The notes beneath the pieces are model-generated. The model did not search any database and had not been told where the DNA came from. It was given only the letters and a program-made list of their open reading frames with translations. From Vermamoeba vermiformis (lineage: Eukaryota), in contig JBEWZL010000101.1 of NCBI GenBank assembly GCA_045837725.1, positions 248,001 to 312,000 on the forward strand: DNA of 64,000 bases. Reading direction: 5' to 3'. This document shows, piece by piece, positions 23,205 to 40,229 of the stretch (its first letter is position 1; each line of letters begins with the position of its first letter). Position numbers and translations under genes: made by a program.

Positions 23205-25090
23205 TTAAGACCGTTGCACCCACGGCAAATCAGAGTCATCGTATTTTACAAGTGTTTTTGGGAATGGCAAGTACAAACTGCCCAAAAACCGCTCATTGGC
23301 TCGTGGATCTACTTCAACATTCTCATCTGTATTAGTAGCAGTATTATTATTAGGGCTATTATTATTGTTGTTGTTATTGTTATTCTCGGTAATGTTGTTC
23401 AACAAAGGATGTTTGACAAAGAGCACGCCCAACTCGAAGTTTTTGACGTTGAATTGACGTTTGTTCATTTGGAAAGAACCCCAAGCCGATTGTGATAGAT
23501 TAGCAGTGCCTATTAGATCAATATTAGACGGTATTTTCATATGAATACAAGTGTGCTGCAGATGTGCAGTGTCGAAAAGTACCTGCGTAACACCAGCCAG
23601 ATCCGTCAGAAAATTCCTTCAAAAATATCTTTGAATGCAGCAACAGCCCTGGATACCGCTCATCATTCGAGTCGTACAGATAATCATCGACAAAGTGTGA
23701 CTCGTCCAGCCAATAGAAGTACCAGCCATGAGGTCCGCCGTATTGTGACGCGTGCACGGTGTTCATGCTCGGAAACACAACTTTGAGACCTAACCGCCGT
23801 GTCGCTGGGTCTTGTGTGATGTGAAAATTGGTGCAAATGTCGCTAAACCAACGCGGGACTAGTGACCCGACATTACTCGTTTGGATCAGCACATCTCGTT
23901 GCTCTACGGTAGTAATACAATATTAGCTAATGTCAGCAAGTATACTTAATCATTATATTCAAGATAATGCTTAATTTCCGAGCCAGGGTTGAAAATGAGA
24001 TTAAAATGTCATTTTGACACTTGTTGACACGTACCATTGGGCCACTGAAAAGAATTCAACAAATAACGCATTTGCAGCTGTCCGCATTCATGAAACGCGT
24101 CTTCATTATCAATGTTGTACGAGCCAGGCACCGAGGACACTAAGAACACTTTGGCCCGTGAATAATCGTACTCGTCCAAGAAACTAATGTCCTGTCGCAC
24201 TTCCAATGCGCGCACGAATGCCTTGAGATCTCGCTGAAATTTCTTTGCAACTTTTTCTTTGGTCCACGGCGGCAGAATCTCCGCTGCATCTTCCCCTTGT
24301 TGATCGATATTTGCAGACTCTGACGATGATTTTTCCTTTTTAGGAAAGTCTTGGTACCAAAAGTTCTCGGTCATGCCGTCCCAGTCCATAAACTTCAAAT
24401 TGGCGCTGCTGATCACGACGCGCAAATGCGTGGTGTATTGTAACAGCCACAGCGCTGCGTGCATGCTGCCTGGATCCGGTCAAAAACAACATTAGCGCTA
24501 TTTAATACCCTAATATTATAGGTACTATGTTATTATGATATTACGTACCGTACATTCGCCTTGGATAGTGCATGACAGTGGCACGCATGTTGTTGAACGG
24601 ATGTGACTCGGGCACGTGCAGTCTGCTCTTCACAGGACAGACTAAATCAATGGGAATAGTTCCAGGAAAATATTTCACGATAAAGTCGAGGTCGTAGAGT
24701 TGCGTTGTGAGAAAGGCGTAGATCAACTCTGATTTTGTCGTCTTATTTGTCTCTCTGTAAAATTAATCGCATATTTTGTTAAAAACATATTTTGTTACTA
24801 TTAATATGGCATTTTAATCACTTGTATCGCGTAGAAAGGTGGATCGCGATATAAAAATTTAGGAAATTATTTAGAAATTCACAAGATGGCTGACTATGCT
24901 ATTTGAATATATTGTACTGATATCTTCAAACTTACGGATTATTTAGACCAGTTAGATCTGCAATATCAACTCCATAACGTGGATCTTGAAATGAATCGGG
25001 TACTTTATTGAATACGAGCCTCTCGCCTTCATAATCAAGCTCGATATTAACAGGCACTGTTACTTTCTCCTCTGGTGTATCTTTTTCCAT
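23205..25090 (-). CDS. Tyrosyl-DNA phosphodiesterase 1-like (PLD superfamily); first HxK motif reads HAA
   Basis: LRVVISSANL, ENFWYQDFP, YDYSRAKVFLVSSVPG, LHSKI, GTANLSQSAWG, NFELGVL and terminal LPW. Confidence 0.85.
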
Positions 25091-25205
25091 GGTCTTGATA
25101 ATTGTTACGCATCCGAGATTTCAACAACGAGTATCTTTTTGCCGACACGTCCAAGTGTCGAAATTCGGGTCATTTATTTATAACCCGTCATAATAGAGCA
25201 TCACA

Positions 25206-26165
25206 ATGTATAAGAGATTAAAGCACGACGTTAAGGGAGGTGACGGCTTCAAAGGCCTCTACGTTGCCAGTTGCCTTTTTTCTTTATTGGCGACTGCTTC
25301 GATGGCCTTGACCACCTTTGCACCTTTTTGGCAAACAGAAGGGTATGTTAATCAATTTGTTAGTCTTATTTGGTTCCGACGTTACTCGATCGGAAATTAT
25401 CGCAATATTTAATTGGTCTAATAATGATTTACTTAATTATCAAAGGGTCGAAAATAATGACCACATAATTGTGCTTCATTAAATGACTGATTCCGATCAA
25501 AATCAAAATACTTACTCGATTCGGTTAACAGAAACAGAAACTATGGCTTGATCGGCGTTGTCCAATGTGCTACAGTTAATACTACTTCAGTAAATTGTAC
25601 CTTGATCGCATACAAAGATTATGCCCCCGGAAATACAACAACAATGACGTAAGAATCCTCAGATATTCAACGAGCTAATTTCGGATGCTGAAAAAATCTT
25701 TCTTAGCGTGGTTAGTCCGATCACCTTTACCTTGGGTATTGCGTCCTCAATCGTTGGTCTTGTTGCAACAGTAAGATCGTCGTATTAGCTCCTCCGCATG
25801 TCGTTCACATTCTAATATTTCAATATTTATCAGATCTACTGGTTTTTGAAGGCTTTGAATCGTGTGATTATCAACTTCTTCTTGCAAGTTACACTGCCGA
25901 ATCCCATCAAACAATTATTATACATCTCTCCGCTGCTTTCCATGGGATGCGAAGCAATAGTCATAATTTTGTTCTTTGTCTTCTATCCTTCTTTTGGTCC
26001 GTTCTTGTAAGTAGCATTACCTCTTTATATATCGTCGTTATTAACGTCTTGAATAGCTTCTGCCCGTGGTTGGCAATCGCATCTGTCCCTGTCATGTTTA
26101 TCGGCTGGATCATCGTGTTCGTTAGAAAACGAAAACAAAAGAAACACCGATTCTGCTGCTGTTAA
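25206..26165 (+). CDS. Tetraspan (claudin-like topology) membrane protein with a C-terminal CCC (multi-exon)
   Basis: TM1 followed by W...YGL...C...C loop, three more hydrophobic helices, and basic tail RKRKQKKHRFCCC. Confidence 0.6.
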
Positions 26166-26346
26166 TAGATCAAATATGTTATGCTACGCCAATTAACATT
26201 GGCTCGTATCGAACTTCTTATTTATCTGTAAAACACGTTTTTGAAACTAAATTACGCATCATTTTACTCAGTTTTACTGTATTTTACCAAAAAGAATTAG
26301 GATTAAGGATTAAACAAGTACTATTTACTATTTAACATGAAGTGCA

Positions 26347-28599
26347 CTACAGTTTTGGTCGCATGAAATGAGATCTTAAATTTTTGAGGCCAGATCCGAT
26401 CGACTTTTGTTTCTTCTCACTATCATCGACTATACTCCTCGAAGGCACTCTATTATTGTTATTATTACCACCACTTACTGTAGATTTCTTCGCACTGGTA
26501 TCACTCTCCTCTTCCACTTCAATTTCTTTGACTTTCGATCCAGCAGATCCATTGCGTCGTTTCTGATTTCTGAGAGCTTGTTGCATCATTTCTCTTTCAA
26601 ATTCACGCAGTTCCTCGTCACTGAGATCAATCCACTCGTCAATCCAACAGAACGCTTGTCTGTGCGTGCGTAAATATACGCTGCGGATCACCTACACGAC
26701 AAGGGATCAGATCTTACTCAGAGCAGCACATTGAAGCGTTGCATTATCAATTATATATTATATGTATGATTGATAATATATATAACTATTATATGCGTCG
26801 CACTTACATCATGAATCAGTTTCTCTCCTCGCTTTCTGAACCCAGGGTAATTGAACTCGACGGTCACTAATTTGTACGCGCAAATGACTGGCTTGGTGTT
26901 GTACTATTAATACATCATTAATATACGATCAAATAAGAACGATATTTGCAGGAGACTGCTGGAACACGTGTCTCCAAGAATACTTCCAGATGTATTCTTT
27001 AGTATGGGTCACGTGCCGAATGTCCTTATTTAGTAAAATAAATAATTGCAATGCATGCACATACCTTCCAGCCATACTTGAGAGGACCGCGTTGTGTCTT
27101 GGTTGAAGTAAACAAAGTTGGATCTTCAGCAGCAGTGTAATGTTTGTTCTCCAATGCATCGTGCGCAATGTCAATATAATCCACCGTGCGTAGCTTCAAT
27201 ATTTCTTTGTTTAAATTGAACACCTGCACATAAGAACGGTGTTAATGATGTAAAGTCTCGGAAGCACATGGTCAGATCCGAAGCACAATACAGCGAGCGG
27301 AAATTGATCGAAAATCAGCACAATGATCGTAAAGGTCGGAAATTAAATAAAATATAATTTTAGTTGAACGCGTGGGAATACAGGAACGAAAAAACGAAAG
27401 AGTACACGCTGTTTGTAACGTGTCAAAATCATTTCAAGTTTTCATTCCTGAACAAAGTCCGCGATGTAAATATTATCTACGTAATATCAAAAAAATAATA
27501 TAGGCAAAAATAATCTTGCAAGAGCAGTTAGTCGAAGGTCTACCAAGTTTGAGATCCCCCAACTCTGTAACACTTGCGTACAACTCTAATATTTTTGTTT
27601 GCTTATTCGTACTTACATTATAAGTCTCGCCGGCGTCTTCTTTATGTTTTGACTCAACGACTATTTTACAACGTTCTCCGAAGAGTGGCACCTTCGCGCA
27701 GATCCAGATCAGATCGTGATATTGAAATATCGATTGGTAAGCTACTTACTCGATACACTAAATTATAATAATTATTAACAATATAATCGGGTAATGATAG
27801 TACGAATAAGTAACGTACCAGTTTTACTGTAAGGAAAAGCATTCCACGATTTCTCTTCAATTTGCAAAGCCGACTCGGGAATTAATCGCCGTGTCCATTC
27901 TGGAAGCTTGCTATTTATGAAATACTACATAAGTAACAAAACTTATCGAAATTATGCAACTGGATCCCGAACTCCGTTGATCGAATATTTTGGGAGAATA
28001 ATAAGCACCAAAATAATTTGTAAATTTGATCATTTGGTGCGATATAACATACGTTACATAGGGCTATGTGATTGGCCACTGGATTATTCTAATCCGATTA
28101 TTTAATGAAAATATTTGGTTTTACCTTTCCAAATGAATTATTTTATGTGTAAAGATGCCTTTGCCGAGCTCGTTTTCAAAAGGCTCGTCTTTAATTAATT
28201 CTATTCCATTTGAACCATCGCTTTCTTCTCTGCTGGCTTTAGCAACCATATAAAGTTGACCTTTCTTATACTAAATAATAAAATATTATTACAGGGCCTT
28301 CAAAAAATCCACGATCTCGTGCCATCGCTATAATCGAAGTGCTACAATGAATATATGCACTTTGTATATTATTATAATTCTCATAAGCTGTGGTAATGTG
28401 ACGTTGACACGAATGCAGTAAATCTGACAGAGAGACCACTGGAAAAATCAGGCTACATACCTCTGATAAAGAAAACGGCAACGGGATACGGCTGTAATAA
28501 AAAGTTAAGGGAAAATAAGAGGTTAGAAATAAAAAACGGTGATCGGGATGCGATCCAACATAAAAGCACTTAAAAAGGATACTATTCCTTGACCAACAT
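26347..28599 (-). CDS. Phosphatidylinositol transfer protein (PITP/START-like; multi-exon)
   Basis: MLVKEYRIPLP, QLYMVAK, EKSWNAFPY, DPTLFTSTKTQRGPL, CAYKLV and HRQAFCWIDEW. Confidence 0.92.
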
Positions 28600-28777
28600 G
28601 TTGTGTCTCTTGTATCAATAAACTACGTTATTTCGAACCAGCTAACGTTCGGTTCCGAAAAGCTAGTTTGGGTAGATCTCGCCCCACGTGATAGCCCTGC
28701 AAGATTTTGATTTTCTTTCGTGCGTTCGGTTTTTACACCTCAATTTCAATTACACACAAACACACGACACATACAAA

Positions 28778-29308
28778 ATGCCTGAAGAGTGGCGCTGTAC
28801 CCCACAAAAGAGCTACGGTATTCTTGGTTGGATCGAGAGCGCCATCAAGTTCTTGGCTGGTGTCGCTGCGATTGTTTCAATGATGTCCTTCGACAAGCCT
28901 CAAGAACCTGCAGCGCTATCAGTACCGCGCATCATTCAAGTAGCACTCTTAGGCGTCATAGAGCTGTGGTATATTTTCCAAGTTGTGCATAGATTTGCCG
29001 TTGGAGAGCTTTTTGCTATTGGATTTTCACTCTTCCAAGTGCTCGCCAACTTCTTTATCTTCTTGCCCACACTTCTCACGCAGGATCCTGGTAAATTCAT
29101 CTTTATGTATGGTTTCCTGATGATTTTGGGCCATATTACGTGCTTGTTGTTCCTTTGCTTGCGAGACGAATCCGAGCTGGAATTTAAATGGCTTACTAAG
29201 AAGGCTCTCAACGCTGTTAACATCATTCTTATGCTCTTCTTTGCTGCTTTGTTCGTTCTACAGATTATTCTGTTCGTCGGAGGCTTCCCTGGCGATATTG
29301 GTCAGTAA
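28778..29308 (+). CDS. Intronless multi-pass membrane protein of unknown function
   Basis: Single 176-codon ORF from ATG 28778 with about five hydrophobic helices. Confidence 0.75.
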   Translation: MPEEWRCTPQKSYGILGWIESAIKFLAGVAAIVSMMSFDKPQEPAALSVPRIIQVALLGVIELWYIFQVVHRFAVGELFAIGFSLFQVLANFFIFLPTLLTQDPGKFIFMYGFLMILGHITCLLFLCLRDESELEFKWLTKKALNAVNIILMLFFAALFVLQIILFVGGFPGDIGQ

Positions 29309-29479
29309 GCGATCGAAATCCGCGACAATAATTTCGGTAATGATACAAAATTATTTTACCTCATGTAATCTTACACTCTGTAATTAAAATTGGAAAACCA
29401 ATTAATTAATAAATTATTTTGTCAAATCCGGTTTGGCTAAAAGCGAAAGGACAAAATCTTTTGTAATTTGCAATTGAAT

Positions 29480-34127
<4,648 letters not shown>

Positions 34128-34599
34128 CGTTTAATCCTTTAATATGGCCCTATCGTGTATTCTCATTACAGTGCAAAACAGACAAACAATGACCATTATT
34201 TTGCCTATTTGGAGAGATTTTTCCTTTCAAACATTTTCGAGCAACTTTCAAGCCAAACCCACAACCAGTAATATCAAACAATAGATTGGATATGGCGCGT
34301 AATGTCACAAAAGAAAGGGTTATGGATACACGCCACGCAAGCAACACTCGACATCCTATTTCGCTCGTCAAATGTTCATAAAAACGAACTTTAAAGCTGC
34401 AGAAAAAATAAGGGAAATCAGTGTCTAACTTTTGTCAAGCAGTGGCGACTGTTCATGTGAGAATCGTCCCAGATTTAATGCGATCTTCGAACGCACAGAA
34501 TTTGAAATAGCGTCAATAATGATTATTTAATTATGGTAAGCTAATTATTTGTTAAGTTAAGGGCATCGAAAGTTCTAGAAGAATAAAATTAATTAGATG

Positions 34600-34653
34600 A
34601 GCCCTGGATTTCTACCAGGACTAACTCATCTGCTCTGGTAGAACGCCAGGGCT
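34600..34653. other. Strong imperfect inverted repeat (hairpin) about 90 nt upstream of the metal ATPase start
   Basis: AGCCCTGG-AT-TTCTACCAG, 16-nt loop, then CTGGTAGAA-CG-CCAGGGCT. Confidence 0.7.
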
Positions 34654-34742
34654 TTTAATTTTCTATTTTTCGGGTATTATCGTAATCTCCTTCCTCCTGG
34701 TATTTAAATCGTATTTCTTTCAAGCCTGCACCACAATAGACC

Positions 34743-37700
34743 ATGGATACTGACACGTAAGCCTGTTTTTGTCAATCGTTTTATATGGCAGCCATTAAAA
34801 TGCGTTTTTAGGGATGAGATAATAGTATTTCGGCCCATTGTTTGCTTTTGCGAGAAGGAGTGCTGCAATAAAGCCGGTAGAGCCGAGCGCTACAAAAATA
34901 TTAGCGAAGTTTCGGTTGGTGCTGACTTCGAGGAATGCTGCGATGAATCGCAGCCTATTTGTCGACAAGACTGCTGCACAATTGAAGATGGCGGCGCTCC
35001 CCAACTGGGTTTCTTTAATAAGTAAGTTAAATAGATGCAATTTCTTATCTAATCCACGGGAATTTCAGGTTGCTGGTGACTCCCTCCTATTCGTCGGGCA
35101 ACCAAGAAACAAATAAAAGCGCAGAAGAAATCTTGACCGTTGCCCCGAAAGAAAGACTAGTGCCCGCGAAAGAAGAGAAAAAGCAATTCCATGAAGAATC
35201 GGATCACTCAGATGGGGACTCGTGCTGCAAGCCAAAGAACAGGCATCCCTCTCATAGTGAATCGGATCACCTACACGATGAATCGGACGAAGATTCTTGC
35301 TGCAAACCAAAGAAGAAACACAACGAGGACCATTCACACGGTGAATCGGATTCGGACTCCTGCTGCAAGCCAAAGAAGGGTCAAGAGCACCATTCCCATA
35401 GCGAATCAGACGAGGACTCCTGCTGTAAGCCAAAGAAGGGTCAAGCGCACCATTCCCACAGCGAGCCGGATCACTCAGATGAGGACTCTTGTTGCAAGCC
35501 CAAGAGAAAGAAGAAGCATCACTCTCATAGTGAATCAGATCACCTACACGATGAATCGGACGAAGATTCTTGCTGCAAGCCAAAGAAGAAACACAACGAG
35601 GACCATTCACACGGTGAATCGGATTCGGACTCTTGCTGCAAGTCAAAGAAGGGTCAAGAGCACCATTCCCACAGCGAGTCAGACGAGGACTCTTGTTGTA
35701 AGCCAAAGAAGGAGCGGCATCCCTCTCACAGCGAGCCGGATCACTCAGATGAGGACTCTTGTTGCAAGCCCAAGAGCAAGAAGAAGCATCACTCTCACAG
35801 TGACGACGATTCCTGCTGCGACTCTAGACGCGAGCCTAAAATGAAACTTGTTCCTCTTCCCCCTGTAAGTCTAGCGATCAGTTCCCGCATGGATGTGTTC
35901 TCACCACCGCTTTAGGATCCGGATGTGGGTGACGCTGGTAAGAAAGGCTGTTTCCCAAAGTCCAAAAAAGGCAAGAAAAAGGCGCAACAGAGTGACACGA
36001 TCATCAATCTGGACGTTGTCCAAGAGAGCGACAAGTCGAAGGTTGAGCAAAGGAATTTTCGTTCGGGATCTATTTTCTAACTCTGCCGCAGATGCTCATG
36101 TCTGTTACTGGCATGACTTGCACGAGCTGCGCGAAGACCGTCGAGGACCATTTGAAGAAACTCTCAGGTATTCTATCCGTTCAAATTAGCGTCACCACCG
36201 CCAAGGTTGAAGTGTCCTACCACAACCAGATCCTGACCGAGCAAGTTATCCTTGACCACGTGAACACGCTTTCATTCAAAGCTGAGCTCGTGGCTGCGGC
36301 ATTGGCGACGTACATCGAGGTCATCTTGGCGAACAAGGAGCAACACAGCGAGATGGAGGCATTCCTCAAAGCTCTGGAAGGCGTTAACGGCGTCCAATCA
36401 GGAGCGTTGCAAAAGCGAAAGGTCGTCAAGGAGGGGCACACGCGGACAGAATTGGTGGTCTCTTTTGTAATCGACTACGATCCTGACCGTACTGGCGCCA
36501 GGACTATCGGTCACGCACTTGGATCCGCTTTTCCGGACGCTTCTGTTGAGCACAAGAGACCCGAGGACAACTTCCAGAAAGGAATGAAAAAAGAAGTACG
36601 AGGCTGGTTGAATCGCTTGATTGCTGTCGGTGCCCTCACTCTGCCGGTCATCATCTTTGCGTTTGTTTTGCCTTCGATTGCTACTTCGAAGGAGGCAATC
36701 GACACCATAGTCTACAACGGTAATAGCAAGAAAAAATCGTGCAAATGTACATTACATATGACTCAGTTCTTATTGACAGGTTTAACCGTGAAAATCGTGG
36801 TGGAGTTTTTCTTGACCGCTCCGATCCAATTCTTCTTTGCTTTGCCGTTTTATAAGGTATTGAGAAGATATATACGGCATCAAATCGATGTACAAATATT
36901 TAACGGTTTTGTGCCAGTCGGCCTATGAATCGCTCAAGTACGTGGGTCGCGCTAACATGGATCTATTGGTGTGCCTAAGTACCACTGCTGCCTTCGTGTA
37001 CAGCCTCGTGATTAGCATCATCCTACTTGTCGACCCATCGTTAGTTAGCGGTAATTGATACTAAAAAATATTATAGTAGTGCTAGTTTTTTAGTAACTGT
37101 TGAACGACGACTAAAACTTTGTGTTTAAGGCGAAACTTTCTACGAAACGAGTGCGATATTGTTGTTTTTGATCATCCTCGGAAGATTCATCGAAGTGTAC
37201 GTCAACAGCAAGACCTCGAATATCTTGTCGCAGATTATGCTACTTCAAGCGGAAAACGCCGTTCTCGTCGGCAAATTTCCTCGCAGTCCCGTGCCGCCCA
37301 AAGACGTTCATAAATCGAAACACGCCAGGTATGTTTGGGTCCCTAATATTGACCTCGATAAAAGAAAAGTTACTAATACACTTTAAACAGTTCCTCTCAC
37401 AAAGGAAAGCACGGTGCAGAGCAAATGAAATCCTACGCTAACTTGGACGAGAGATCGATTAGCGTGTATCAAATTGAGCGTGGCGATGTACTTAAAGTCG
37501 TACCGGGCGATAAGATACCTACTGACGGTAAGGACTTGCGTGTTGCTGTTTGCTTCGCACTCGTACTTAAAAAATTATTCCAGGAATAATCGTTGAGGGA
37601 AAGTCCAGCATCAACGAGTCAATGTTGACAGGAGAATCGCGTCCTATATTCAAAACAGCCGGAGAAAGCGTTTACGGTACAATTCCTTATTACAATATTT

Positions 37701-40021
37701 ATCGAGGCCTTAATTAACGATGAGTATGTTGTTAGGAGGAACAATTAATAAGGACGGCGCGTTGTTGATCAAAGCGGTTAAAATTCCAGGAGAAAATACC
37801 TTGGATATAATTACCAACTTGATCGAAAAGACACAAATGTCCAAGGCGAAGATAGAAAGACAAGCCGACAAGATATCATCCTACTTTGTGCCTGTAATTA
37901 TTGGCATTGCTGCGGTTGTTTTTGTCATCTGGATCACGTTGGCTAGTGTCGGCGTGGTTCATGATCAACTAGCCCCCTTCCCCTTAGCAATGGGTTTTAC
38001 CATATCGGGTAAGCAACCCTTAATTATTATCACGACTGCCGACTGATATATATCTATTGCTATGCAGTGCTAGTGGTGTCTTGTCCGTGTGCACTGGCCT
38101 TGTCCGCACCTAATGCCATTATCATCGGCACGGGAGTCGCAGCAAAGCACGGCATTCTATTCAAGGGCGGAGAAGCTGTCGAGGCGTGTCAGAAGCTAGA
38201 CACGATTTGTTTCGACAAAACAGGCACGCTCACCACGGGGGTCTTGTCCGTGACTGACGTCGTGGTGCTCGACTCCGACAACTTCAACGAGCAGCAGGTG
38301 CTAGCTTACGCTGCGAGCATTGAACAAAGTACGTAGTCGAGTCACGTCACATCGACGTTAATAATAATATGTTTGTCTATTTTTAGGCAGTGAACATCCG
38401 TTGAGTCAGGCTATTGTTGAAAAGGCCAAGGGACTCAAATGTGACTTGCAAGAGCCGAAGAACGCCAAAACAGTTCCTGGAATGGGAATTTACGGCACAG
38501 TTGGTGGCAGAAAAGTCTACGTGGGTAATTCAAAGTTGATGAAAAAGGCGGGCAATTAAAGAAAGTCAATTCCACTAAATGCATGTAACAATTTATTTAT
38601 CCTTAATTCTCCCCTTCATCTACCCCGTACATTTCTTCCTGTACTCTCCTTCTTCGGTTGGCTTCTTTATTACGTTGCGATAGTTCTGCTTTTGTTAGAG
38701 GAGGAGCGAGATGGCGGACTGGTGGTTTAACGTGCTGATAATAATGAGTAACAAATGATGTTTCGTTCCATTTGGCACGTGATCCGGTATGATCTCAGAT
38801 GTAAAATGAAATAATGACAATCCTCAACTCATTAAATAGTCATCATTCAGTCTCGTGATCAATACTGCATTGTCAATAATAGACAGTAATTTCCTCTAAA
38901 TGTGTGTAAGGAATGAACTCATTTCTCACGTTACGAATATTTCGGCGGGATTAGAATAACTGAATACTCAATTTCGCGGGTTAACAAGAGAATAGTAGCG
39001 ATACTCGTCTCGCGCGCTCTGTCTTCTTGTTCTTCACTGAAAGGGCGGGAATTGCTGTCGAGAATGTCGAGAGGTAATTTTTTGATAGATTTACAAACAC
39101 CGTCGATTCCTTTCCTTATTCTAATATTTTCAGTCCTGCCGTGCAACTCTACCGATCTACGGGTAAGACAGTCGTGTTTGTTGCCATTGATGGCCACTTG
39201 ATCGGATTGCTGGCTATCTACGACACACCCAAACCCGAATCCAAACAAGTCATCGAGTACTTGCGCAACAAATCAATTCAAGTCTGGATGATCAGTGGAG
39301 ATCACGAGAACACTGCCATCTCCGTCGCAGATCAGCTCGGCATTGCACCGGAGTTTGTTGTCGCCGGTACGCGTTAGTTTGTCTGCAGTAATTGTGCCTA
39401 ATAACTCTTTTGAAAGGTGTTCTACCCAAAGACAAGCTTAAGAAGATTGAAGAGCTTCAAAATTTGGGCAGAACTGTAGCCATGGTTGGAGACGGGGTGA
39501 GTTTTTTAAATTTCGGCATCCGATCCGGATTTAACTTTCATCGAATATAGATTAACGACGGACCTGCGCTAGCTCAAGCTAATATTGGTATCGGTAAGTG
39601 TTTTGATCCTTTATGTATAATTCTGCGATTCTAATCAAAACTGTAGCTGTCGGTTCAGCTTCGAACTTGGCGCAAGAAGCAGCGGATGTGGTGCTGATGA
39701 CCAATAATTTGACGCAGCTGCTTGTCGCTCTTCATTTGGCTGTCAAGGTAAACGGTTTTGATGATGGAGTTTATTGGTGGCTAACCCGGCTGTATTCAGG
39801 TCAATCGGCGAATCCGGTTGAATCTCGGGTGGGCATTCCTATGGAACTCCCTTATTATTCCTATTGCTGCTGGAGTGTTTTATCCGCTCAGTTTCACGCT
39901 TCCTGCTGCTTTCGCTGGGTTAAGCGAGATCTTCTCCATTTTCCCTGTGATCTTGTTGTCGGTGCTTTTGAAGACTTACCGCGTTCCGAAGTCTATCAAA
40001 ATCTTAGACGGCGTGCATTGA
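34743..40021 (+). CDS. P1B-type heavy-metal ATPase, Pca1-like, with a long Cys/His-rich N-terminus (multi-exon; one exon interrupted by an insertion)
   Basis: HMA motif GMTCTSC, TGES, CPCAL, DKTGTLT, SEHPL and GDGINDGPAL. Final helices read WAFLWN and [14 protein letters not shown]. Confidence 0.9.
35195..35820 (+). repeat. Coding tandem repeat (His-rich/acidic/DSCCKPK units) with a 273-nt higher-order duplication
   Basis: Ten DSCC motifs. The block starting CTCTCATAGTGAATC at 35249 recurs at 35522. Confidence 0.92.
38553..39043. mobile_element. 491-bp insertion in an ATPase exon flanked by a GGCGGG direct repeat
   Basis: GGCGGG at 38547-38552 and 39044-39049. Removing the insert plus one copy restores ATG AAA AAG GCG GGA ATT GCT (MKKAGIA) in frame. 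No terminal inverted repeats or poly(A) seen. Confidence 0.55.
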
Positions 40022-40129
40022 TTGTCTAAGTACTCCTCATGGCACCAATACGTGCTATTTTTTAACTTTTTTGAACAATAAACATTTTTTAATTTACAAA
40101 TTATAAAGGACCTATCGCCAGCTATTGTA

Positions 40130-40229
40130 GGCTAGTATAAGCTAGTTAGACGAGGAAGTCGACAGGTACAGACCAATGGCTGCGTTGCGGGCTCTGACTG
40201 CCGCCCAAGCTTCGAGCGTATCATCATCA
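40130..40229 (-). pseudogene. 3' fragment of the orphan gene at 41475-42095
   Basis: ACCAATGGCTGCGTTGCGGGCTCTGACTGCCGCCCAAG...TCGAGCG.ATCATCATC matches about 41514-41570. Confidence 0.7.

Noticed and set aside
26743-26777. AT-rich hairpin in a PITP intron
   Set aside because: Low complexity. Its G-U pairs work only on the non-transcribed strand, so it is likely chance.
28688-28777. N-terminal extension of the 206-aa ORF from a GTG start
   Set aside because: In a eukaryotic gene the first ATG, at 28778 after an A/C-rich leader, is the more plausible start.
35195-35820. Regularly spaced repeats resembling a CRISPR array, with long ORFs in three frames
   Set aside because: Units are codon-multiple, the intervening sequences are themselves repeated, and they encode the ATPase His/Cys tract. 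The other ORFs are shadows of the repeat, and no cas genes are present.
38795-38846. Box C (ATGATGA) and box D (CTGA) pair on the minus strand, a possible C/D snoRNA
   Set aside because: Only about 52 nt, antisense to the host gene, with no convincing terminal stem or recognisable rRNA guide.
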